NCBI GenBank assembly: GCA_020636775.1
Contig: JACJXF010000008.1
Location: 1,797-65,796 of the forward strand
Length of the DNA stretch: 64,000 nucleotides
Direction: 5' to 3'
Origin: Bacteroidales bacterium
GTDB lineage: Bacteria; Bacteroidota; Bacteroidia; Bacteroidales; GCA-2748055
Part shown: positions 54,818-64,000 of the stretch, piece after piece
How the letters are laid out: the number at the start of each line of letters is the position of its first letter
How positions within the stretch are numbered: the stretch's first letter is position 1
Program-made: the position numbers and the translations under genes
The notes under the pieces: model-generated
What the model saw: only the letters and a program-made list of their open reading frames with translations
What the model was told of the DNA's origin: nothing
The model's database searches: none

Positions 54818-55807
54818 ATGTCAGAGTCAGGTTTCGTCGATTATGTAACCATCTTTTGTCGTTCCGGCAAGGGAGGGGCGGGCTCTGCTCACCTTCGCAG
54901 GGAGAAATATATTCCCAAGGGAGGACCGGATGGTGGTGATGGTGGCCGGGGAGGTGATGTTATTGTTCGCGGGAATTCACAACTATGGACTTTACTGCAT
55001 CTGAAATATATGAAGCATGTTTTTGCCACCAACGGGGTTAATGGTTCCAGTGCGTTAAAATCAGGAGCCGATGGAAAGGATGCGATTATTGAGGTACCTC
55101 TGGGTACAGTTGCCAAAAATTCCGAGACCGGTGAGGTTTTGTTTGAAATAACCCAACATGGCGAGACTAAAATACTGATGAAAGGTGGCAGGGGAGGCCA
55201 GGGAAACAATCATTTTAAAACTTCTACCCATCAGACTCCGCGATATGCTCAGCCCGGCGAACCGGCCGATGAAGGATGGAGGGTGCTGGAACTGAAAATT
55301 CTTGCTGATGTGGGACTTGTCGGATTTCCGAATGCAGGAAAATCCACTCTTCTTTCAGCAGTATCTTCAGCTAAGCCAAAGATCGCCGATTATGCATTTA
55401 CCACCCTTACTCCCAGTCTGGGAATTGTTAGTTATCGCGACGATCTAAGCTTTGTAATGGCTGATATCCCTGGAATTATTGAAGGCGCCAGTGAAGGGAA
55501 AGGGCTTGGACTAAGGTTCCTCCGGCATATTGAAAGGAACTCCATGCTGTTGTTTGTTATTCCTGTCGATAGTAAAAATATCCGCGAAGAATATAAGATA
55601 TTGCTGAATGAGCTGAAGCTGTACAACCCGGAACTGCTCGACAAAAAGAGGATTCTGGCTGTGTCAAAAGCCGATTTGCTCGACAAGGAACTAATGGACG
55701 AAATGAAAAAGGAGATGCCTAAAATACCGTATTTCTTTATATCTTCCATAACAGGTGCAGGGCTTACCGAGTTGAAAGACAAGCTCTGGAAGTCGCTAAA
55801 TGCCTGA
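54818..55807 (+). CDS. obg: GTPase Obg/CgtA
   Basis: 329 aa. It has the Gly-rich Obg fold ([18 protein letters not shown]), and the G motifs [13 protein letters not shown] and SKAD. Confidence 0.95.
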   Translation: MSESGFVDYVTIFCRSGKGGAGSAHLRREKYIPKGGPDGGDGGRGGDVIVRGNSQLWTLLHLKYMKHVFATNGVNGSSALKSGADGKDAIIEVPLGTVAKNSETGEVLFEITQHGETKILMKGGRGGQGNNHFKTSTHQTPRYAQPGEPADEGWRVLELKILADVGLVGFPNAGKSTLLSAVSSAKPKIADYAFTTLTPSLGIVSYRDDLSFVMADIPGIIEGASEGKGLGLRFLRHIERNSMLLFVIPVDSKNIREEYKILLNELKLYNPELLDKKRILAVSKADLLDKELMDEMKKEMPKIPYFFISSITGAGLTELKDKLWKSLNA

Positions 55808-55810
55808 GTC

Positions 55811-56377
55811 ATGATAGAATTTTTGCAACAACTGGACACCAGAATATTTCTTTTCCTGAATTCATACCACTCCCCGTTCTGGGATAAAATCATGGTTTTT
55901 ATTTCAGGGAGAATCGAATGGCTTCCTCTTTACCTCTTTCTTATTTTTTGGATCTTCTATAAGTTCAGAAGGAAGGGATGGATCATCCTGGCTCTAACCT
56001 TGCTCGTTTTTGCCCTTTCAGACCTTGGTTCCGTTCATCTTTTCAAGAACGTGTTCGAAAGACTGCGTCCCAGTCGCAACCCCGAGCTGGAGGGTCTTGT
56101 ACATATTGTAAACGGTTACAGGGGAGGTCTTTATGGCTTTGTTTCATCGCATGCTTCCAACACCTTTTGTCTGGCTGTATTTATGAGCCTGATTTTCAGA
56201 AACAGATGGATGGTAATCGGCATGATGTGCTGGGCAGTTGTTGTAAGTTACAGCCGCATTTACCTTGGAGTCCATTATCCTTTTGATGTGCTTGGAGGAG
56301 CGGTCTGGGGGAGTCTGATGGCGATTTTGGTTTACGGGGTTTTCAGGAGGTTACGAGGTTACGAGGTTACGAAGTAA
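55811..56377 (+). CDS. PAP2-family phosphatase (undecaprenyl-diphosphatase/PgpB-like)
   Basis: 188 aa. The PAP2 motifs are KNVFERLRP, SSHAS and SRIYLGVHYPFDV. The last 10 codons and the stop are encoded by the tandem octamer array. Confidence 0.8.
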   Translation: MIEFLQQLDTRIFLFLNSYHSPFWDKIMVFISGRIEWLPLYLFLIFWIFYKFRRKGWIILALTLLVFALSDLGSVHLFKNVFERLRPSRNPELEGLVHIVNGYRGGLYGFVSSHASNTFCLAVFMSLIFRNRWMVIGMMCWAVVVSYSRIYLGVHYPFDVLGGAVWGSLMAILVYGVFRRLRGYEVTK

Positions 56378-56542
56378 CGGAGTAACGAAGTAACGTAAGT
56401 GACGGTCGTAACGGTCGTTACTGAAGTGATGACCACAACTCGTAAAAATCCCATTCACTCATTCACTCATTCACTCATTTACTCACCGAAGCCTTAGCGA
56501 AGGTGAGCCGTTACCTCGTTACCCCGTTACCTCGTTACCTCC
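56346..56542. repeat. Composite palindromic block of short tandem repeats between convergent genes
   Basis: The left arm GGAGGTTACGAGGTTACGAGGTTACGAAGTAACGG (56346-56380) matches the reverse complement of 56508-56542 (GGAGGTAACGAGGTAACGGGGTAACGAGGTAACGG) at 30/35 positions. The interior holds AGTAACGN x3, CGGTCGTAA x2 and CATTCACT x4 (56452-56483). Confidence 0.85.
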
Positions 56543-56543
56543 C

Positions 56544-57524
56544 CTAAAACATCCCCTGTACAAACTCATCCACCCGGATATTCTTAAAATATTCATTAAA
56601 GCTGAAGTGGGAAAGGTTCTCCATTATGGAGTCGTAGTCGTGATTAATTCCCACCAGGGATTTTTCTATGGTCTCGATATCGTGTTTGTGAAAGAAATCG
56701 CCGTAAATTTTGATATCCTTGATAACTCCTTTTTCAACATTCAGGTGGAATTCAACACTGCCACCTTCGGTGCGGATCATCTTTTCAAAATCGTATTTCG
56801 GGGAATATCCAAAGTTCCATTCCCACTGCGAAAATTTCTCATCCTTAAGCTTGTTGATTCCGGCAATATCTTCTTCGGTATAGGAATACATTTTAGAATC
56901 AGGGTACATAAGCATTATCTGCTTCATGATCCTGTCGCGGAACTCAATCACATCCATCTTTTCCTTCAGATGCTCCGAGATATTGGTCACTCTCGAACGC
57001 ACCGACTTAACAGCTTTATCGGTGAATTTCAGGGGATTCACTTTTAGTGCTGCAGACAGATCCGTCATAACCGAAGAGAAAAGGAGAGTGCCATGGTGAA
57101 GTGTACGGTTTCGCCAGACATGCTCGGCATTTCCCGAAAACTTCTTACCGTCGATGGTGAGGTCATTTCTTCCTTCAAATTTTGCATTGATACCCATGGT
57201 TAGCAGCACATCGAGAATCGGCCTGGTGAATTTCCTGAAATCCACCTGAGCTCCTTCTTCGCTGTTTCGGATAAAGGTGAAATTCAGGTTTCCCAGATCA
57301 TGAAAAACAGCTCCTCCGCCTGTAATCCTTCTGACCACCTTGATTTTGTTCTCCCTTACGTAATCAACATTGATTTCTGCCAGCGTATTCTGATGCTTCC
57401 CAACGATAATGGAAGGCTCATTGCGCCAAAGCATGAAGCAGTCTTCCGTAAAATTCTTCATGACGTATTCGTCGGCAGCAATATTAAAATATGGATCTGT
57501 AGAAAGGTCTTTAATGCAAAGCAT
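56544..57524 (-). CDS. lplA: Lipoate--protein ligase A
   Basis: 326 aa. Motifs are RRITGGGAVFHD.GN and GKKFSGNA. It has the typical LplA length plus a C-terminal accessory domain. Confidence 0.88.
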   Translation of the reverse strand: MLCIKDLSTDPYFNIAADEYVMKNFTEDCFMLWRNEPSIIVGKHQNTLAEINVDYVRENKIKVVRRITGGGAVFHDLGNLNFTFIRNSEEGAQVDFRKFTRPILDVLLTMGINAKFEGRNDLTIDGKKFSGNAEHVWRNRTLHHGTLLFSSVMTDLSAALKVNPLKFTDKAVKSVRSRVTNISEHLKEKMDVIEFRDRIMKQIMLMYPDSKMYSYTEEDIAGINKLKDEKFSQWEWNFGYSPKYDFEKMIRTEGGSVEFHLNVEKGVIKDIKIYGDFFHKHDIETIEKSLVGINHDYDSIMENLSHFSFNEYFKNIRVDEFVQGMF

Positions 57525-57624
57525 TTTCCCGGGTTTAGTTTTATTGTGGCAAAGATAAGCCTAAAAACAATTTATGGCAATTCATTTCTGAATTGTTATT
57601 TTTGCCCAAACTAAAACCCGGAAA

Positions 57625-58371
57625 GTGAGAAAGTTTTTCCTTACCACCCTGTCGATCCTGATGTGGATACTATTCCTGATATCCTGTTTTATCTTAATGC
57701 CCGTTCTCTTGTTTATATGGGCAGTGACATGGCCTTTTGACCGCAATTTATGGCTCGTTCACAGGTTTTCCTGTTTCTGGGGAGCCTTTTATATCTGGAT
57801 GGTTCCGCTGTGGAGTCTGAAGATAGAAGGCAGAAAAAAGCTGAAAGACAATCATGTCAAGATACTGGTTTCAAACCACCAGAGCTTTGCCGATATTTTG
57901 ATTGTTAACAGTCTATTCAGGCATTTTCGCTGGACATCCAAGGTCGAAAATTTTAAAATGCCCTTTGTGGGCTGGGTACTTACCCTAAATCGTTCCATAA
58001 AAATTTACCGTGCAGCCGGCGATGCATTTCAGAAATTTAAGGACCAGGCCGTTAAATCGCTGGCAGAAGGAAATACCCTTGCCATTTTCCCGGAAGGCAC
58101 ACGTTCGAGAACCGGAGAGATGGGGAAGTTTAAGGAAGGCGCCTTTATGCTTGCCCTTCAGACTAAAACAGATATTTTTCCCATGGTACTTGATGGTTCA
58201 GCCAAAGCTATTCCTAAAAAAGGATGGGTACTGACCGGCAGATCCAAAATGATATTAAAAGTTCTCGATCCCATTCCATACGAGAGCTTTAAAGATATGA
58301 CTCCCGGAGAACTGTCCCTGAAGGTTCATGGCATCATACAGTCGGCCCTGAAAGAACTTCGAAAAAACTAA
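57625..58371 (+). CDS. plsC: 1-acyl-sn-glycerol-3-phosphate acyltransferase
   Basis: 248 aa. It has an N-terminal TM segment, the HX4D motif NHQSFADIL, and FPEGTRS. The start is GTG. Confidence 0.85.
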   Translation: MRKFFLTTLSILMWILFLISCFILMPVLLFIWAVTWPFDRNLWLVHRFSCFWGAFYIWMVPLWSLKIEGRKKLKDNHVKILVSNHQSFADILIVNSLFRHFRWTSKVENFKMPFVGWVLTLNRSIKIYRAAGDAFQKFKDQAVKSLAEGNTLAIFPEGTRSRTGEMGKFKEGAFMLALQTKTDIFPMVLDGSAKAIPKKGWVLTGRSKMILKVLDPIPYESFKDMTPGELSLKVHGIIQSALKELRKN

Positions 58372-58377
58372 AATAAA

Positions 58378-59163
58378 ATGTGGAAGCCGTCCCCTCCCAG
58401 GAAAATCCTGAGGCGAATGAAATATATCTCCGACCAGGAAGGTATTCTCAGACGCTATTTCAGGGAACAGGAAGGCTGGGAGAAACATCTTTCAAAAACT
58501 GCAGAATCCATTATTTCCGTTCTCGAATCTGAAAAATACAAGCATGTAATCGTCCTTGGAAGTGGCTGGCTTCTTGATTTTCCTATGGAAAGGATTTTGA
58601 ATTATGTGGAAAGGATCAGTCTGTTTGATGTTCACTTCCCTCGACAAATTCTCAAAAAAGCCGAAGCTCTTAAGGGAGTGGAATGCATTCAGGCTGATAT
58701 TACCGGCGGTGTCATAGAAGATGTTTATTTCAAACTGAAAAATAAGACTTTGAATTTCCCTTTTGCAATTCCTGAGCCTGAAATTGAAAAGGAGGAAGGA
58801 ATGCTGATAATTTCACTGAATATTCTAAATCAGCTCGATATTCTCCTGGCAGACTATATCCTTTCCCGAAAACCTGATTCCCCGGGAATAGAAATAGATA
58901 ATTTCAGGAAGGATCTTCAGGCCAGACACATCTCCATGCTTGGAAAACATCCGTTCATTCTTGTGACGGACTGCAGGGAAATACTTATTAACACCGAAGG
59001 AAAGGTCCTTGAGGAGAGGAACCTGATCTATACAGAGCTTCCCTCAGGTGACAGATACGATGAGTGGGAATGGGAGTTCGATACTCAGGGGCTCTATAAC
59101 CCCAATGTGAACACTGTTCTGAAAGTAAAATTCATTTACTCAAAAATACCGCAAAACCTATAG
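58378..59163 (+). CDS. Hypothetical protein with class-I methyltransferase-like Rossmann pattern
   Basis: 261 aa, or 248 aa if it starts at [18 protein letters not shown] (motif I-like), LFDVHFP (acidic end of beta2), IQADITG and [11 protein letters not shown] fit the pattern. The gene starts 6 nt after the plsC stop. Confidence 0.35.
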   Translation: MWKPSPPRKILRRMKYISDQEGILRRYFREQEGWEKHLSKTAESIISVLESEKYKHVIVLGSGWLLDFPMERILNYVERISLFDVHFPRQILKKAEALKGVECIQADITGGVIEDVYFKLKNKTLNFPFAIPEPEIEKEEGMLIISLNILNQLDILLADYILSRKPDSPGIEIDNFRKDLQARHISMLGKHPFILVTDCREILINTEGKVLEERNLIYTELPSGDRYDEWEWEFDTQGLYNPNVNTVLKVKFIYSKIPQNL

Positions 59164-59228
59164 CTCTGCCGCTCAGACTGTTAATTTCTTTGTTGAAAAA
59201 CAATTGTATTTTCCCACCTGCTTTTAAG

Positions 59229-59236
59229 TATATTTG
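59229..59236 (+). promoter_or_regulatory. -7 box TATATTTG(CG) upstream of parE
   Basis: The sequence matches TAnnTTTG and lies 17 nt upstream of ATG 59253. This argues that the true parE start is 59253 and not the TTG at 59190. Confidence 0.4.
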
Positions 59237-59252
59237 CGCAAATTCGTGGACT

Positions 59253-61142
59253 ATGATTGGGAATTATTCGGAAGATAGTATCAGGACGCTCGACTGGAAG
59301 GAACATATCCGAAAACGTCCGGGTATGTATATCGGGAAGCTTGGCGACGGTTCATCACCGGATGACGGAGTGTATATCCTCATGAAGGAAGTACTCGACA
59401 ATGCTGTGGATGAGTACATGATGGGTTTTGGTAAGGCTATTGATATCAGTATTGAAGACAGATCGGTTACAGTTCGTGATTATGGCCGTGGGATTCCTCT
59501 GGGCAAGCTCGTTGAGGTAGTGTCGAAAATGAACACCGGAGCCAAATACGATTCACGTGTATTTAAAAAATCGGTTGGATTGAACGGCGTAGGGGTAAAA
59601 GCAGTTAACGCTCTTTCCTCACTCTTTCATATCGAAGCCATTCGCGAGGGCCGCGTCAAAATGGCGGAATTCAGGCAGGGTGAGCTGATTACTGATTCCC
59701 CCGAGGAAGACACCAGTCTGAAGAATGGTACCATAGTTTCCTTTACACCCGACGAAGAAATGTTCGGACGGTTTCGCTTTATCGATGAGTACATCGAGAG
59801 CATGATTAAGAATTACTGCTACCTGAATGCCGGTCTGGTAATTTCCTACAACGGTAATAAATTTGTTTCGAAGAACGGACTTTTCGATCTTCTTACTGAA
59901 AATATTGGCGGTGAAGGCCTCTATCCCATCATACACCTTCAGAATGGCGATATTGAAGTAGCCATTACTCACGGCGAGCAGTATGGTGAAGAATACTACA
60001 GCTTCGTTAATGGTCAGCATACAACACAGGGAGGAACTCACCTGGTTGCCTTCAGGGAAGCGCTGGTTAAAACAATTCGTGACTTTTATAAAAAGGATTT
60101 TGATCCTGCCGATATCCGTGCTTCTGTAATTGCCGCTATCAGCGTCAAGGTTGAAGAGCCCGTGTTTGAATCCCAGACCAAAACCAAGCTTGGCTCCAAA
60201 GACATGGGTCCCGAAGGTCCATCCGTACGAAATTTTATCATGAATTTCATCTCATCCAAGCTGGATGATTTCCTGCATAAAAATCCCGAAACAGCAAATA
60301 TTCTTTTGCGAAAGATTCAGGAATCCGAAAAGGAAAGGAAAGCAATTTCAGGAATTCAGAAGCTGGCACGCGACAGGGCTAAGAAAGCAAGTCTTCACAA
60401 CAAAAAATTACGCGATTGCCGGATTCATTATAACTCCAGCGAAGAAAGAAAGGACGAAACAACCCTCTTCATCACCGAGGGAGATTCGGCCAGTGGTTCC
60501 ATTACCAAATCGCGCGACGTTAATGTTCAGGCTGTTTTCAGTCTGAAAGGGAAGCCATTGAATGTTTATGGACTGACTAAAAAGATTGTTTACGAAAATG
60601 AGGAGTTTAATCTGCTGCAATCGGCCCTCGATATTGAAGAAGGTCTCGATACCCTGCGTTACAAACAGGTAGTAATTGCAACGGATGCCGATGTTGACGG
60701 GATGCACATCCGTCTGCTCCTTATCACTTTTTTTCTGCAGTTTTTCCCCAACCTGGTTCGGTCCGGACACTTATATATCCTCAAAACACCGCTTTTCAGG
60801 GTAAGAAATAAAACCAAAACCTTCTATTGTTATTCGGAAGAGGAAAAGCAAAGGGCCATGGAAAAACTGGGAGCCAATCCTGAAATAACCCGGTTTAAAG
60901 GTCTTGGGGAAATCTCTCCGGATGAATTTAAGAATTTTATCGGGAAGGAAATTAAGCTGGAACCGGTACGACTTCATAAGGATGATTCGATCGGAGGAAT
61001 TCTTGAATATTATATGGGAAAGAACACACCCGACCGGCAGGACTTTATTATCGGGAATCTAAGATTTGAAGATGATGTGGTTGAGGAGGAATTGCCCGAT
61101 CAGATGTCGGAGGCAGAAGCCGTAATGGAGGCAGAAGCCTGA
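59253..61142 (+). CDS. parE: DNA topoisomerase IV subunit B (type IIA topoisomerase ATPase subunit)
   Basis: About 629 aa. It has the GHKL ATPase motifs ([15 protein letters not shown]), the Toprim EGDSA, and PLKGK-like LKGKPLNV. It is adjacent to the A subunit. The ParE versus GyrB assignment is by size and context only. Confidence 0.8.
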   Translation: MIGNYSEDSIRTLDWKEHIRKRPGMYIGKLGDGSSPDDGVYILMKEVLDNAVDEYMMGFGKAIDISIEDRSVTVRDYGRGIPLGKLVEVVSKMNTGAKYDSRVFKKSVGLNGVGVKAVNALSSLFHIEAIREGRVKMAEFRQGELITDSPEEDTSLKNGTIVSFTPDEEMFGRFRFIDEYIESMIKNYCYLNAGLVISYNGNKFVSKNGLFDLLTENIGGEGLYPIIHLQNGDIEVAITHGEQYGEEYYSFVNGQHTTQGGTHLVAFREALVKTIRDFYKKDFDPADIRASVIAAISVKVEEPVFESQTKTKLGSKDMGPEGPSVRNFIMNFISSKLDDFLHKNPETANILLRKIQESEKERKAISGIQKLARDRAKKASLHNKKLRDCRIHYNSSEERKDETTLFITEGDSASGSITKSRDVNVQAVFSLKGKPLNVYGLTKKIVYENEEFNLLQSALDIEEGLDTLRYKQVVIATDADVDGMHIRLLLITFFLQFFPNLVRSGHLYILKTPLFRVRNKTKTFYCYSEEEKQRAMEKLGANPEITRFKGLGEISPDEFKNFIGKEIKLEPVRLHKDDSIGGILEYYMGKNTPDRQDFIIGNLRFEDDVVEEELPDQMSEAEAVMEAEA

Positions 61143-61207
61143 GACAGCCTGAATAACCCCGGCAATTAAAGAAACGAAAATACTGATTAAAAGAACAGAT
61201 TGAATAG

Positions 61208-63847
61208 ATGGCTGACGATTTTGAATTAGTTGAGAATCCTGAAGAGGAAAAGCCTGAATTACCTGAAAATCCGGCAGAAACAACACCAAAAGCAGACGAG
61301 TCTCTGCCCAGGGTTATTCATTTGTCGGGTATGTACCAGGACTGGTTTCTGGATTATGCCTCATATGTAATTCTCGAACGGGCGGTACCACACATGGATG
61401 ATGGACTGAAGCCTGTTCAGAGAAGGATTCTGCATGCCATGAAGCGACTGGATGACGGTCGGTACAACAAGGTGGCCAATATCATCGGACACACCATGCA
61501 ATACCACCCCCACGGGGATGCTTCCATAGGTGATGCACTGGTTCAGCTGGGTCAGAAAGACCTGCTCATTGATTCACAGGGTAACTGGGGAAATATTCAT
61601 ACCGGCGACAGTGCTGCAGCACCCAGGTACATCGAAGCGCGGCTTTCCAAATTTGCCCTGGAGGTAGTATTCAATCCCAAAACCACTACCTGGAAACTCA
61701 CCTACGACGGAAGGAATAAAGAACCGGTGACACTTCCCGTGAAATTTCCCTTATTGCTTGCCCAGGGTGCTGAAGGTATCGCCGTTGGTCTGGCTTCCAA
61801 AATTCTGCCCCATAATTTTAATGAGCTTATTGATGCCTCCGTCAATTATCTTCAGGGAAAGGATTTTGAACTGTATCCCGATTTTCCTACCGGAGGACTT
61901 GCTGATTTTTCGCGTTATAACGACGGACTCAGAGGCGGAGCCATTAAAGTAAGGGCTAAAATCGAAAAACTCGACAAAAAGACACTTGTTATACGTGAGC
62001 TGCCCTTTGGAAAAAATACCGGAAGCCTGATCGATTCAATCCTCAAAGCCAATGAAAAGGGAAAGATCAAAATCAGGAAAATCGACGATAATACCGCTGA
62101 AAATGTAGAGATCTTGGTCCATCTCGGACTGAATGTATCCCCCGATAAAACCATTGATGCGCTGTATGCATTCACCGACTGCGAGCTTCCGATTTCTCCA
62201 AACTGCTGTATAATTGAGGAAAACAAGCCCCGTTTCATCGGAGTAAGTGAAGTCCTCAAACTGAATACCGATCATACCCTTAATCTTTTGAGGGAAGAGC
62301 TCAGAATCAGGCTGTCGGAGCTTGAGGAAGCATGGCATTTCTCCTCCCTCGAAAAAATATTTATTGAGAAAAAGATCTACAGGGATATTGAAGAGTGCGA
62401 AACCTGGGAGGCGATTATTGAGGCTATTGACAAAGGACTTGCTCCTTATAAAAAACTTTTCCTGAGGGAGATAACGGTTGATGATATTACAAAGCTGACG
62501 GAAATAAAGATAAAGCGTATTTCCAAGTTCGATGCCAATAAAGCCGATGAGCATATCCGGGGCATTGAAGATGAGATGGAGGAGGTGAAAAATCATCTCA
62601 ACAATATCGTGGAATTCACCATCAACTATTTCCGGCAGATTAAGAAGAAATACGGAAAAGGTAAGGAGAGAAAGACTGAAATCCGCAGCTTTGAAACTAT
62701 TGAAGCTACCAAGGTGGTGGTGGCCAATGAGAAGCTTTATGTAAACCGGGAAGAAGGATTTTTTGGTACCGGACTCAGAAAGGATGAATACGTTTGCGAT
62801 TGTTCCGATATTGATGAGGTAATAACCTTCAGGAAAGATGGTACTTTCATGGTAAACAAGGTTGCCGAAAAGGTTTTTGCCGGAAAGGATATTATACACA
62901 TTGCCGTATTTAAACGAAACGACAACCGAACCATTTACAATACGGTATATTACGACGGACAAACCGGGTCTACCATGATGAAAAGGGCTCCTGTTACCGG
63001 AATCACCAGGGATAAGGAATACAGTTTCATCAAGGAACATAAGAATTCAAAAATATTGTATCTGACAGCCAATCCCAATGGGGAGGCTGAGGTTATAAAG
63101 GTCTACCTGAAGCCCAGACCCAGACTGAAAAATCTGGTTTTTGAGATGGATTTTTCTGAACTGGCAATTAAAGGAAAAGCATCACAGGGAAATATACTCA
63201 CCAAGCACTCCGTCCACAAGGTGGTGATGAAAGAGAAAGGAGTCTCTACCCTGGGTGGCAGGAAAATATGGTGGGATGAGGTAGTCATGCGATTGAATGC
63301 CGACGAAAGGGGGAAATTCCTTGGAGAATTTATTGGAAGCGACCTTATCCTGGTGGTAACCAAATCAGGAATGTTCAGAACCAGTAATTTCGATCTGAGT
63401 AATCATTACGAGGACGATATTTTACTCATCGAAAAATTCCGCCCTGAGAAGATTTTCTCTGCAGCCTACTTTGATGCAGAGCAGAACTATTATTACGTTA
63501 AGCGCTTTACCCTGGAAGAGTCAGAGAAGGCTCAAAGCGTAATTGGGGATCATCCCGATTCCCGATTAATAAGGATAAGCGAGGTAGAATATCCGCGTCT
63601 CGAAGTGAGATTTGGAGGAAAAAATAAAACGCGTGAACCGGAAATCATTGAAGTTGCCGATTTTATTGGGGTAAAAGGTTTTAAAGCCAGAGGGAAGCGA
63701 TTGTCGACCTATGAAGTGAGCATCATCAAGGAGCTTGAACCGATTATAAGAGAAACTCCGCCTGAAGAAATAATTGACGCGAAGGATGACGACGGTCACG
63801 AACCTGAAGGCCCTGTAACCGGCAGTCAGATGTCGCTGGACCTCTAG
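61208..63847 (+). CDS. parC: DNA topoisomerase IV subunit A
   Basis: 879 aa. Motifs include RA.PH..DGLKPVQRRIL, the active-site region AAPRYIEARL (Tyr), and HPHGD. The ParC versus GyrA assignment is by context and the lack of an obvious GyrA box. Confidence 0.8.
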   Translation: MADDFELVENPEEEKPELPENPAETTPKADESLPRVIHLSGMYQDWFLDYASYVILERAVPHMDDGLKPVQRRILHAMKRLDDGRYNKVANIIGHTMQYHPHGDASIGDALVQLGQKDLLIDSQGNWGNIHTGDSAAAPRYIEARLSKFALEVVFNPKTTTWKLTYDGRNKEPVTLPVKFPLLLAQGAEGIAVGLASKILPHNFNELIDASVNYLQGKDFELYPDFPTGGLADFSRYNDGLRGGAIKVRAKIEKLDKKTLVIRELPFGKNTGSLIDSILKANEKGKIKIRKIDDNTAENVEILVHLGLNVSPDKTIDALYAFTDCELPISPNCCIIEENKPRFIGVSEVLKLNTDHTLNLLREELRIRLSELEEAWHFSSLEKIFIEKKIYRDIEECETWEAIIEAIDKGLAPYKKLFLREITVDDITKLTEIKIKRISKFDANKADEHIRGIEDEMEEVKNHLNNIVEFTINYFRQIKKKYGKGKERKTEIRSFETIEATKVVVANEKLYVNREEGFFGTGLRKDEYVCDCSDIDEVITFRKDGTFMVNKVAEKVFAGKDIIHIAVFKRNDNRTIYNTVYYDGQTGSTMMKRAPVTGITRDKEYSFIKEHKNSKILYLTANPNGEAEVIKVYLKPRPRLKNLVFEMDFSELAIKGKASQGNILTKHSVHKVVMKEKGVSTLGGRKIWWDEVVMRLNADERGKFLGEFIGSDLILVVTKSGMFRTSNFDLSNHYEDDILLIEKFRPEKIFSAAYFDAEQNYYYVKRFTLEESEKAQSVIGDHPDSRLIRISEVEYPRLEVRFGGKNKTREPEIIEVADFIGVKGFKARGKRLSTYEVSIIKELEPIIRETPPEEIIDAKDDDGHEPEGPVTGSQMSLDL

Positions 63848-63919
63848 AACTTTAAGCACTTCCCTGGTAAAATAATCGAATAAATTTCGGGACCGGCTGC
63901 TGTAATTAAATTCAAAAAA

Positions 63920-64000
63920 ATGAAAATTTACCTTCTTGGTTTCATGGGAGCAGGTAAAAGCACAGTAGGGCGGCGACTGGCTCAAAAGCTGAATTACCGG
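63920..64000 (+). CDS. aroK: Shikimate kinase, 5' partial (runs off the window)
   Basis: The ATG at 63920 opens MKIYLLGFMGAGKSTVGRRLAQKLNYR. This has a Walker A GxxGxGKS(T) in the typical AroK N-terminal context. It is not in the ORF track because it is truncated. Confidence 0.75.
   Translation, partial: MKIYLLGFMGAGKSTVGRRLAQKLNYR

Noticed and set aside
54041-55209. Minus-strand ORFs 54041-54412 and 54889-55209
   Set aside because: They are antisense to adk and to the glycine-rich region of obg. The Pro/Ser-rich translation is a by-product of the GGN-rich sense strand.
56346-56542. Tandem repeat blocks considered as a CRISPR array (also 5-76, 5281-5349 and 45457-45492)
   Set aside because: The units are only 8-9 nt and are directly contiguous with no spacers. 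No cas genes are in the window.
62036-63040. 334-aa ORF on the minus strand
   Set aside because: It lies entirely antisense to parC, which has strong type IIA topoisomerase motifs. Its sequence is low-complexity with no motifs, so it is a shadow ORF.

Overview
This is a 64-kb chromosomal segment that looks like Bacteroidota. The evidence is two proteins with T9SS C-terminal sorting domains, a PorV/PorQ-like barrel, a FISUMP-domain protein, TAnnTTTG -7 promoter boxes in front of several genes, mostly SD-less starts, and a purH-mreBCD-mrdA-rodA cluster. Coding density is high and the content is mostly housekeeping: purH, purE, hpt, adk, upp, pgi, lysS, recJ, obg, rsmA, plsC, lplA, parE, parC and the aroK start. 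Secreted hydrolases are interspersed: GH9, a PL9-like beta-helix protein, a sulfatase, esterases, an M1 peptidase and a proline iminopeptidase. I saw no rRNA, tRNA, CRISPR array, integrase, transposase or recognisable defence operon. Four things are not explained by ordinary annotation. (1) A 693-bp segment carrying a GxxExxY (PD-(D/E)XK fold) gene lies between two diverged copies of the last 23 codons of lysS. This suggests an insertion that replaced the lysS tail. The gene itself is bracketed by a perfect 15-bp inverted repeat. (2) Short tandem arrays with 8-9 nt units (GTAACG-type, ATYAGCAC, CATTCACT) occur at four intergenic sites. Three gene ends touch them: lysS and lplA abut an array, and the PAP2 gene ends inside one. 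One array forms a roughly 200-bp palindromic composite between convergent genes. (3) A ComEA-like HhH domain is fused to a large predicted outer-membrane barrel. Its gene sits next to a PorQ-like barrel gene that overlaps purE by 4 nt. (4) There are several smaller oddities: an SDR gene remnant in a low-density AT-rich stretch, an H1-like DUF2934 protein, a GAF sensor with no output domain, and a tocopherol-cyclase-like gene. All functional calls come from motif recognition by eye and no searches were run.
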